Notes under the pieces: generated by a model
Seen by the model: only the letters and a program-made list of their open reading frames with translations
What the model was told of the DNA's origin: nothing
Database searches by the model: none
Program-made: the position numbers and the translations under genes
DNA from: Marsupella aquatica
Lineage: Eukaryota > Plantae > Marchantiophyta
DNA length: 64,000 nucleotides
Direction: 5' to 3'
NCBI GenBank assembly: GCA_973895155.1
Contig: OZ316894.1
Span: 26,397,240-26,461,239 of the forward strand
Shown here: one piece after another, positions 34,815 through 44,912 of the stretch
Layout of the letters: every line of letters starts with the position of its first letter
Numbering within the stretch: position 1 is the first letter of the stretch

Positions 34815-36785
34815 TCAAGGTGATTTTGCAGCTACTTTTCCTCTGCCCTTTCTCTTCTTTGGCTTCAGTACTTTGCGTTTGCCGGTTTCTTTCTTTGGCT
34901 TTTGCTTTCCAATTCCACCCACCCCTAGTTTCCCAGGTTTCTTTGCTTCACTTGTTCCATCCGGAATGCCAGGGCCAGGAGGTAGAATGCCACCCGGAAT
35001 GCCAAAGCCAGGAGGTAGAACAACAGGTAGCAGAGGTGGAGGGGGAGGTAGAGTACAAAGCGCAATGCAAATTCCCAAACGAAAAATTGGTTTCAAACAT
35101 TTGTTGTTCTCCGCCTTTTTGAACCATTTCCTCAATATATTTTGTCCACATGTGGTTAAACGGAGAATCAGGAGGATTACAATTGTGATCATGAGAGACC
35201 CTATATATATAGCATTCCAAGATAATTTTGCCCAGTAGTCAATCCAAAATCCAATCTCACCAAAAGGAGGAGGTGGTGACGGGGGAGGGGGAGGGGGTGA
35301 TGGAGGAGGGGGAGGTGAAGGTGGGGACAATGTCACATTTATTGTTTCAAACAGCCAGAATGTGATTCCTTGAGCTTGAGAATCTCCGTTGGCCGCAAAG
35401 CCCACATAAAGTTGCTGGGGAGTAACATTTCGTACGTATACGTGCTTCATGTGGAGGAATGCATCATCTGGTCTTTGATTGGTTGGACTCACTCTAACAT
35501 CCAAATCATGAGTAAGATCGCTGTACTCAATCCATATTGTTAACATGCTACCAACAAGGGCAAGCCCAATATCACTTAGACTCCTCGCTACAGTAGATAT
35601 TGCAGAATTATTCAAGTTTACTCCAATATGGTTGGCATCAGTATCATTAACTTCAGGATCTAGATGTGTGTCAAACTCAAAGCCCCATACAAAGAATTGA
35701 GATTTTGTACCATCGTGAGGGTACACACCAAAATGTGCTTGGGGATCATCAATTAAAAGCTCGTTCTCCTTACTTGTCGATGAGAAGAAGAAGAGTACAC
35801 CATTTCCAATTGGGTCGTTTGCATTGGTACTTTCCAGACTAAGTCCAAATATTACACTGAAGGAGGAACCTGCTCCACCCATGTAACACCATGTGCTAGC
35901 ATGCAATCCTCCCCCCTTTCCATTGTTATTTGCACTATTAGTCTTTATTGAATTTCCAGTGGAATTAGAATTCTGATGTGCACAAGTCTTGTAGAACGGC
36001 TCCCACATTGCCACAGGATCTCGTGCTAGTGCTGCACCTCTGGGGCCATAAATCACAGGAGGAGGCGGGGGAGGGGAAGGAGGGGGTGAGGGAGGGGAAG
36101 GTGGGGGGGAGGGAGGGGAAGGGGGAGAATTGTATATGGTAGTAGGGCGGCCGACTTTAAGGCGACGAGCTGGGGGTCGCCTCTTATTAGGCTTAGGACT
36201 TAGAATTTTTAAACCCTCTTTAACAGTAGCAAGAGGAGGAGGAGAGCCCTCGGGAAAGGGAGGGGATGGGGGATAATTGTATATGGCAGTAGGGCGGTCT
36301 TCAAGGCAATGAGCTGGGGGTCGCCTCTTATTAGGCTTAGGACTTAGAATTTTTAAACCCTCTTTAACAGTAGCAAGAGGAGGAGGAGGAGGAGGAGGAG
36401 GAGGATAGCCCTGGGGGGAGGGAGAGGATGGCAGAGAACTGTATATGGAAGTAGGGCGGTCTTCAAGGCGACGATTTGGGGGTCGCCTCTTACTAGGTTT
36501 AGGACTAAGGATTTTTAAGTCCTCTTCAACAGTAGCAACATACCGAGAAGAGCCCTGAAATTCCCAATTTGATTCATGTGTGAGCTTCAACCAGGAAAGA
36601 CTCACGTCAACGTAAGCAGCACCAAAGAAAACCAATACTTCATCAGCTGTTCCATTCAAAATACCCTCTGAGAAAGCTGGATAGTAGAACGTTGTCTCCG
36701 GGAGAGCTGAACAAAACGTTGACCATCTCATCCACACCCACATCCACATGGCAATGATTACCATGAAGTAGATTGTGATTGCCAT
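34815..36785 (-). CDS. Chimeric L-type lectin / extensin-like single-pass membrane protein (656 aa), no kinase
   Basis: Hydrophobic N-terminus; lectin start (TTFYYPAF, LVFFGAAYV, LKLT); Pro-rich repeat insert; lectin remainder (GAALARDP, SSFSVIF, GNGVLFF, FEFDTHLDPEVNDTDANHIGVNLNN, IWIEYS, LYVGFAA); SPPPP stalk; TM AIYIGSLMITIVILLIL; Pro/Gly- then Lys-rich tail. Confidence 0.88.
   Translation of the reverse strand: MAITIYFMVIIAMWMWVWMRWSTFCSALPETTFYYPAFSEGILNGTADEVLVFFGAAYVDVSLSWLKLTHESNWEFQGSSRYVATVEEDLKILSPKPSKRRPPNRRLEDRPTSIYSSLPSSPSPQGYPPPPPPPPPLATVKEGLKILSPKPNKRRPPAHCLEDRPTAIYNYPPSPPFPEGSPPPLATVKEGLKILSPKPNKRRPPARRLKVGRPTTIYNSPPSPPSPPPSPPSPPPSPPPPPPVIYGPRGAALARDPVAMWEPFYKTCAHQNSNSTGNSIKTNSANNNGKGGGLHASTWCYMGGAGSSFSVIFGLSLESTNANDPIGNGVLFFFSSTSKENELLIDDPQAHFGVYPHDGTKSQFFVWGFEFDTHLDPEVNDTDANHIGVNLNNSAISTVARSLSDIGLALVGSMLTIWIEYSDLTHDLDVRVSPTNQRPDDAFLHMKHVYVRNVTPQQLYVGFAANGDSQAQGITFWLFETINVTLSPPSPPPPPSPPPPPPSPPPPFGEIGFWIDYWAKLSWNAIYIGSLMITIVILLILRLTTCGQNILRKWFKKAENNKCLKPIFRLGICIALCTLPPPPPLLPVVLPPGFGIPGGILPPGPGIPDGTSEAKKPGKLGVGGIGKQKPKKETGKRKVLKPKKRKGRGKVAAKSP
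36120..36540 (-). repeat. Coding tandem repeat, 3 units of ~130-160 bp, inside the lectin domain
   Basis: Three copies encoding (L/V)ATV(K/E)E(G/D)LKILSPKP(N/S)KRRPP...RPT.IY.. followed by SP/poly-Pro tracts. Confidence 0.95.
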
Positions 36786-39189
36786 TCACGTGGTGGGGAT
36801 CAGAGTAGAGCAAGGAAAGTGGCCACTTTCCTGACACTATGTATAGTAGTCTGTAATAATTTTACTTCCTGCTGGGTGTTGTCAATTTTTTTCTTTCCTT
36901 AGAGATTGCCCAACAACATCCAGTTACTGAGAGTATATATGATGATGCTCAGCTCAAGACAACCAATGCTGAAAATCCTCTTAAATGCTTGCCTTGGCGC
37001 GGTACATTGGACAATGATGGGCACGCTTGCATGTAAGTAGACCTGAGAGGAATGAGCAAACATCTACCACTTAGTTGAATACAAAGTGACCTCTGTAATT
37101 GCACATTTCCATTAAAGTGTAAGTAGGTTTCTGGGAAAACAGTGAGATCCTTGATGATAATTGAAATATTCTATTCCCATTATTGCAGAAATTCCTAGGG
37201 AACAAAAATATTGAATATGCAATTAGCTTATCATAATAGTTAAACTAACCAGGGTTTGAGACAACTTTGATGACCCTTAGTATAGTTTCTCCACCCACAG
37301 AGAATATACACAAATCTTGAGAAAAACTCAAAAACTTCAAAAGCTAGACTGTAGAGGCAAGGCATGGTTGCTCATTGAAAGAGTAAGGAAGAATTGTCTA
37401 AGTGGAAGGAACTTTGCTCATCATTTGGAAGGGAGGGCTTGGAGGCAATAGTGCTCAAGCTCACATAAGTGGAGACCTTGGACATGGGCCAAAGTCAAGG
37501 GGTGAGCATGGGCAGGCCTGTTGGGTGGAAGAGAGGGTGAAGGTCCACATATAATTTCCAGTGAATTTCACTTTCATGCTGTTTTTTTAAAACAATGTCC
37601 ATGTTCTGCTGACAAGGACCTCATTCCCTAATTGTCACCTCCTGATCGTAAGCAATAATTAGAAGGTTCACATATACTATCAAAAGAGGAGTGAAATTCT
37701 CTCACACGTAGGTTATGGCTTTCTTTATTGTCATATGTATTGGAATTAGGAAGTTTATCAGTGGTTCCAAATAAATATATTCCTGTGCCCATGAGCAGGA
37801 GCAAGAAGCCAAATCAATGAAGCAAATCATGGATCCTCGTCTTGTTGTATTAATCACAAAAAATGCATTATAAGGCAAACAAACTTCACGGCAGAGTTCA
37901 AACTCCATGCCCAAAAATGCTTAAGGCAACCATTATCAAAAAGAACCTGTATGAAATTTACTGCACAGCTAAGGATGGTCATTTTTTTGCTATGGGAATA
38001 CATATACTATGTTCAACCTGGAACATGATTCAGTTTTTGTTTTATAGTGATTGCTATGAATGTATTACAAGGCAAAATATATGCAGTTCAACAGTTAATG
38101 TAGCTTATAGTACTACATATTATTGTATGGATTACAAAGTACCTTTTTATTTTCTGTTCAAGGTAATAAACCATGTATGCTTTTTTTATTCATAATGCAC
38201 AAATGCCTTGGAATAAGTGGGCAGAACACATAAATCATAACTATGCATTGTTATCTAAGTAAATTTAATCAATCATGAACAGACTTCTACAGATATGGGA
38301 ACCTGGGTTCTTTCTGTTGGTACGTATGTCCCAAATGTTGACCAGGGGCCAAAAATGGGAATGAAAGCCACCCAGCTGTCAAAAGTACAAAGGGACTCCC
38401 TCAGGAAGCATAAGACAAAGAAGGCCCCAAAGGACTAAGGATTGACCATGTCAACATCACATTCTATCATTAACAAACAGCTTGCAACCTCTATGGAGCA
38501 AACAACATTAAGACAATCATTTGTGTCTCTATAAACCCAGAGAAGGGCCATGATCACACTACCAAGACTAACTCATGGCAACACAATTGGTAACCCATTC
38601 AAAGATCCTGCTTCTAATTGACATTTTCTATACAAAGATAACATCAATGAGATACTTTGAGAAATACAGCAACCACATCACCTCTTTAAGTACTCACTTA
38701 GCTCACAAGGAATATAGGAATTTCTTTGATCATCCTAGTAGTCGCTGAGCTTGTCTATTTATATTAACAGTAGAAACAAAATTTCACATGTGAGTGTAGT
38801 TTTATATGTCATTCTCATATAATTACATATATTATCCTCTTATTCAAAATCAAAATTAAACAGATCATGTACAATTACCACGTGTTTACATGGAATTTAA
38901 GTTGAAATTTGACAATTTTGAGCTTGAAGTATGTACTTAGCCCGGTCCTGAAGTGGTCCCGCAATTACTTACATTGCATACTTAAGATATGACTTTATTC
39001 ATTCCATATTATGAATATTTACATTTTTCAATGTCAAATTGCAATGTTTGGATAGACCTCCTGAGATGAATTGTCTACCTTTTCATCCTCTAACATAGTG
39101 TGATTGTATTGACAAGAAATTACACTAACAAGCAATTGAAGACTGACTGCCTTTAGTTCCCTAATTGTAACTTACCCTCTCTGCAATAA

Positions 39190-40440
39190 TAGTATCTTGG
39201 CTCGCTATAGAGCTTAAGAGATGCCCAAATATATCTCCTAGAACAACACCATAGCTGTAGGAGACACCATGATCACTTTTCTCTCTAAATTTCCCACTTG
39301 CAAAAACGATTCCCAATTTCATCTTGCCTACAGAGATACCCATTCACATTAAAAGCAGCTTATAAGAGGATAGAGGTTAGCAAGATCACAAACTTGAGCC
39401 ACTGAAGTAAACACATTTCAGCTTCACATTTATAATTATTTTATGAAAATGAAATTTTCAATGTGACTGACTTCTGATTGGCCTCACAACAGTCTCCATT
39501 TAAAAAAAAAAATTCGTCATTGAGGAATTCTCTAAGTGAATTGTTGCTGTCTACTCTATTCACTGATGCTTTATTCAAGTAGACAGCAACAATTTTCAGG
39601 ATTTAGCTCAAAATTAGATATCAAACATAAGATGAAGCAAAGCTGGTTTTGGAAAATCAGTTTTGTCCAGTTCTACCTCATTTTCTTAAAATCACATGTT
39701 AACATTTCTTGGGTGAAATACTGTGAGCGTTTATTGGGATAAATGGATTTGAACATTTCTCATGGCATCAATATTCATCATGGCCTCATAACAAGGGGAG
39801 TTGAATACCCTAGTGGAGTTTTTGATTGAGACGCAACAAGACTGTTTGGTGATATCTTTGAGTGTGACAAAGCAAGAATTAGTCAGGTGCAACTCAATTT
39901 TGGCAACTTTTTGCCAAAATTGAACCTAAAATTTGCTGTCAACCACTGATGGAAAAAGGAGTGAATTTTCCACTGCATTTGCCAGAATCGTACTTAGTTC
40001 AAGGGTTTCTTGCCAGATTTGACAGTTCAGAAAGCTAATGGTTTAGAAAGAATATGTCAAAATATTTCTCGCAGAATGTACCTCTCAAGGCAGGATCGGA
40101 ATTGCCTTTTTGCTACTTCACAAATTAGCTAAAAAAATGCTGGTCAGAGCAGGATAGCCAAAGTATCCCTCCATGCCAGTAGTAAAATATTTAGCAGCTG
40201 TCGAGTATTCTCAGCATGCACTAAATTTTAGATTTCAACATAGGCAACCTTTGCAGTCTTCATATCATCTATTTATTCAACAATGAATGATGGTTGAGTT
40301 TCAATTTTATGGAGGTAATCTAGCCATTCCCGCACCATTTCCTACATGACAACCACATATCACATCAATGAAACCACAATGAAAACTTGTGCGTTCCTCA
40401 CCATCTAACTTTTTCTTGTCTAGCTTGTATACTAGACTCA
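39190..40440 (-). pseudogene. Decayed RLK/Pelle-type protein kinase pseudogene
   Basis: Minus-strand remnants in the correct order: KLDGEERTSF (LDW..R), WLDYLH then TIIH (VIa/VIb), DDMKTAKVAYVE (VII, AKVADFG), TGMEGYFGYPAL (VIII, GTFGY.APE), GKFREKSDHGVSYSYGVVLGDI (IX, KSDVYSYGVVLLEI). Stops and frameshifts throughout. Confidence 0.7.
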
Positions 40441-42629
40441 AGTGGCACATCTGAGAATGAGTGACATGTTAAAAGCAGTCGGCCAGCATGTACTAGACTC
40501 AAACTCATGTAACTCCTATGACTGGGGGAGAATTATTGTTGCAAGTGCAAAATTTTCAACTTCACTAATATTATGCGTAAGTATAGTTAGAGTAAATGTA
40601 ATATGGCCAACTTAGATGACTCATGTCTTTAAACTTCTTATAACACAATTACTTGGGATTGAATATAATATTGATTTTCAGGAACAAAAACAATTACTAT
40701 TGCATTCTACAAACATGACTAGGTAGGCACATCTGACAGAAGAGAAATGGTGAGAAATTGTGAGACTTGCAGGTCAATGTTGCTTAAGATGTATTACTAC
40801 AGCACATGGAATGAAAGCTTCTACCAAATCCCTGAGAGATTGCAAAGAATTTTGCACAAAAGTGAGTCAGCTGAAACGTCTCAAGATCTCAGGATGTGAG
40901 ATGAGGAAAAGATTATGAACTCTGAGCATTGCAAAATAAGAAAGCATGGACTATCATATACAATGGCATGGAAAAACTGTCTTTCAACACTTATGAAATT
41001 AGTTTGGATAGCCTACTACTAGCTATATTTTAATGGGTTAATAAAAAAATTGATAATAGTATACTGAGCAACCAGTTTGAAAGGTTTTAGCTGGCCCAGT
41101 ACCCAACAATGGGTTCACATGTTGGTAACATGAGTTCTTTTCCTTCATTCCAATATGCAGTAAGAGACAGGATTTTGGTAGTGTCTTCTTGTAGCACTAC
41201 AACTTGGGGGTGCAATGTGGAGGTTTCTCTAAAACAATTAAAGAGGAGCCTTGCCATGATACATACACAAAAGGCCATATATGATGACTATGAAAGCTTA
41301 TAAGTAAACATGTTCTAGTAGGAGACATGCATCACACCATTCTAAGTGGTAGAATAGCAAATCATGCTATCTAGGTTTGGGGATTTTGTATGTGTGTTAT
41401 CTGAGTATTTTAGGATTAGCATATGTTTTGAGGGATAGTTATCCCTTTGTGGTGACTAGGCCTCATCTTTTGATGTTGAGCCTTTGAGCATGAGCTCTGG
41501 TGGCTATGATGTGACTGACCAGGTTGTGTGCATGTAACACGGATTCCTCGAACTGCAAGGTGCGTTTGACTTGACATCTATGTGTGATCGCATTGGATGC
41601 AATTGGGTGTGCGTTGTTGAATTCTATTGCTGTTTGATTCATTGAAGATCATCTGACACATTACAACTACTGCTACCAGGATTCCCTTACACCTCATTCT
41701 CCATCTTGTTGTTGTGCACATTAATATTCATGCTAAGTCCTTAGTTTGCCACTGTAAAGCGAGTGTACAAGAAGTGTAGGGAAGGCCACGAGCTTGAGCC
41801 AGACGTTGACTAAATCCTTCAGGCAATGTGGCAAGATCCAGATGTAAAGAACATACACAGCTCTAGATAAAGATCAGTACAAGTCAGAGCACTGATGTTG
41901 GTGTTTTGCACTACTTGTCTCACCAGCGCTAGTACTCCTCTATAGGTTGATTTGATTGTTTTCCCCTTTAAAGATTAGGTTTTGGCTTAATTGTCTGTGT
42001 TTTGGTCATTGGCTTTGGTCCACTTTTGGCCTTAAGCTGATTTTGGGTAGTCTCAAGCCTCTTGCGATTTTAATAATTATGGCGCATTGTTGATGTGTAT
42101 TTTGACCCTTTAATCTGCTTTTGTCCTGCTTTGTTGCGGTGGTCACTTGGAATTCAATGATGCAATGTTACTTTTACTCGAAATAAGATACAAATACAAA
42201 ATACAGAATACAAATGTCTACCATGCTGAGCTAATAGATAAAATGTCTAACTAATAATATGAGACAGAGAGTCGGATGCCTTTTTCTCCTTTCTAAACTG
42301 CAAAAATGCTAAAAAGTTGGCTACTATAATTCATGTACCATAAAATCTTTATCCTTTCCACACTACAACACACAGGGAAAAAGCTGACTATTATTACAGA
42401 CCCCCGTCAAAAATTCTTTCCAAATCCTTGGCACAACAGAAGGCCATAATAGCCCTTTCAGTCACAAACAGGTATGTTTATATTTGCAACAACAAACTAA
42501 TACAACTGTTCACACGCTAGCAAATGAAAAACAATTAGCTCTAGTGATCACAATAAGGTTGAAAAGTTTAAAAGTAGATTTCAAAATAGCAAACAAGTAA
42601 GACTTAATAACCAATTGAGGTTAATCCAA

Positions 42630-43110
42630 GCTAGACTTCAAGGAAGGCAGAACAATTCAGAAATTTATAAACTCTTCCATACTTGATGAAATCTAGCAAT
42701 GTTAGGTTCATTTGCAAAGCTCTTTTATTAACTTCTTTTAGAATTCTAAGCATGAAAATTCTATGGAGAGATGACGGAGAAATTGAAATCATTTTTTGTT
42801 GACAACATAGCTAGACGTGTAGGGAAGGGTAGAGCATTCGAAAACGTGCAAGCTCCTCAATATTTGGCAAATCTGGCAATGAGCCTCGTTTGAAATTTAT
42901 TTTAGGAACATTTCAAAGAATTTGAAGCAAGACATGGTTCATTGAGAGATCAGGGAGAACTTTCAAATCATTTCTTGTTGGCACCATAGCTAGACTTTCA
43001 AGGAAGAGCAAAGAAATTTGAAAAGCTGTGATCTCTTCAAATGTTTGATGATATGTGCCAATGTCAGTCTCATTTAGAAACTCATTCAAAAATGTTTCTA
43101 AGCATTCTTA
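42630..43110. repeat. Degenerate tandem array, 3 x ~180 bp
   Basis: AGCTAGAC....GGAAG...AGA..ATT.GAAA.. recurs at ~42630, ~42810 and ~42989, with downstream similarity (CAATG..AG..TCATTT). Confidence 0.7.
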
Positions 43111-43942
43111 GCACACCAGAGAAATTATTAATACAAGAGGGAGCCATTGGAAATCGGTTGAGAGTCATTTGGACCTTAACTTCAAAGTTAACTACTATAA
43201 AATGCTGAAAGAAGTAGAGAGAAAGGAACTGGCAACTACGCTCTCAGAGTGGAGTGCTTTGGCCTGGTTTGTAGTTACATTCATTTAGAGATAAATAATG
43301 AAGCACAACATGAAAATGATACAGGATGGAAGTTGATCCTGCCTATTAGTGCAATGATCATGAAATTAAAAAAGATTCAGAATTAGGGGGAGGCAAGGTG
43401 TGCACTGGTAACTATTCATATCTGTAGATATTTTGTGAACCCATCCAAAAGGGCTTCATGGTCTGGATCACTCAATAAGCCCACATGTATTTACATTACT
43501 ATAATAAATGCAGATGGTCAAATAGGATTCAAGCAACAGGGCACAGAAAACTTGACTTAGCACATGACATTTCTATTACCTATCTCAAATGAATATAGAG
43601 ACTGCCAAATCATAAACCAGTCATCTCAAATGATACATTTCCAATGACCCTCTCCGATGAAGTTCAACCCCACTGTTATTCACTACCAATACTATTTAGT
43701 AATTATCTACTTTTGAAATATTTGCAATTTAATTTTGTAGATTTAGTTTATTTTTCCATTTTGATAAACCTGTCCTAATATAGTATTATATATATTGCAT
43801 GGAGCAATATGAACGGAAGTTGGTTCAAAGGGTGTTATCCTCATCAAACAAACTTTGCGTGTTGTCTCTTAATTTCCGGCAATGGCAATGTAGTAAATTT
43901 CCCTTGTACACATTACTATATACTTCATATGCCTTAAAGGGA

Positions 43943-44046
43943 AGGGGAACTTCAACTCCTGGGTTGGAACCGGTGACCCAGTTTCCCATTTGAGAGTCTC
44001 CAATTAATAAATGGCAGTTATAGAAACCAATGCACCACCCTGATCC
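43943..44046 (-). mobile_element. Possible tRNA-derived SINE remnant
   Basis: Minus-strand A-box-like TGGTGCATTGG (44037-44027) and B-box-like GGTTCCAACCC (43971-43961). No cloverleaf. Confidence 0.3.
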
Positions 44047-44912
44047 AAAGCAGTAATAGTCCATAGTACCAATCAGATCTGTTAATCGACGAGGTCCATG
44101 ACAAGATTTCTTGGCACTTGCAGCAGATCATGCTTGGCCGTACAGACACTATTCCTATCCCCGTCTACACGGTAGTCCTGATGCCCTCGTCAGGTAAATC
44201 ACATTTCTCAAAACGAGCCAACAACACTTGCAGTGAGAAACGTGAAGGGGGGTCTAGCAGCCAATATGTTCATATCTTGAGCTAATGCACAGCCTCCCAC
44301 AAACTTTAAGAAGGCCAAACCTGACTTCAGGTACATCAAACGTGCAGGGACCGACCACAGCAGAGCGGCATCACTAAAACCTTCTGCTGGTCCCAGCTTC
44401 ATCTGAAGCATGGCAGAAAGAAAGCCAGTCCTCAAAGAATTTATTCACTCTTGAACCAGTCAAAGACTCGCCAACCTTCCCTGAGAAATGGAAATGAATT
44501 ACCCAGAAGGCGCAATCACGCCACAACTTCATCAGGTCACACAACTTTCATAATGGGAAGCCATTCCCTGAGGAAGTGAAAAAAAATCATTACACTAGGC
44601 ACAAACCGCCATAAGTTCTACAAACTTAGACTATAATACACTCTAACCACGCAACACAGAAATACTGCTCTGCTCCATCTTGATTTAGTACATAAAGTGA
44701 AAGGAAGCTTTTGAGGTTCGTTTCCAGAATGTGCCATATACTCGTAGAGTTGAAGCAATGGGAGTAGAATGGCAGCACTGTAAACGCAATAATCCCAACC
44801 GCATTCCGTGATCATCCGCCATTACGTCGAAATTCAAACAATGGTCAAATCAAGCGGATGTCGTGCCCAAGGGTATGTCAACTTTAAATACACTTATGCA
44901 TTGTGCAAAACT

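Noticed and set aside
43943-44046. Functional tRNA gene (also ~10710, ~24870 and ~60930)
   Set aside because: Only degenerate A/B boxes; no acceptor or anticodon stems could be folded.
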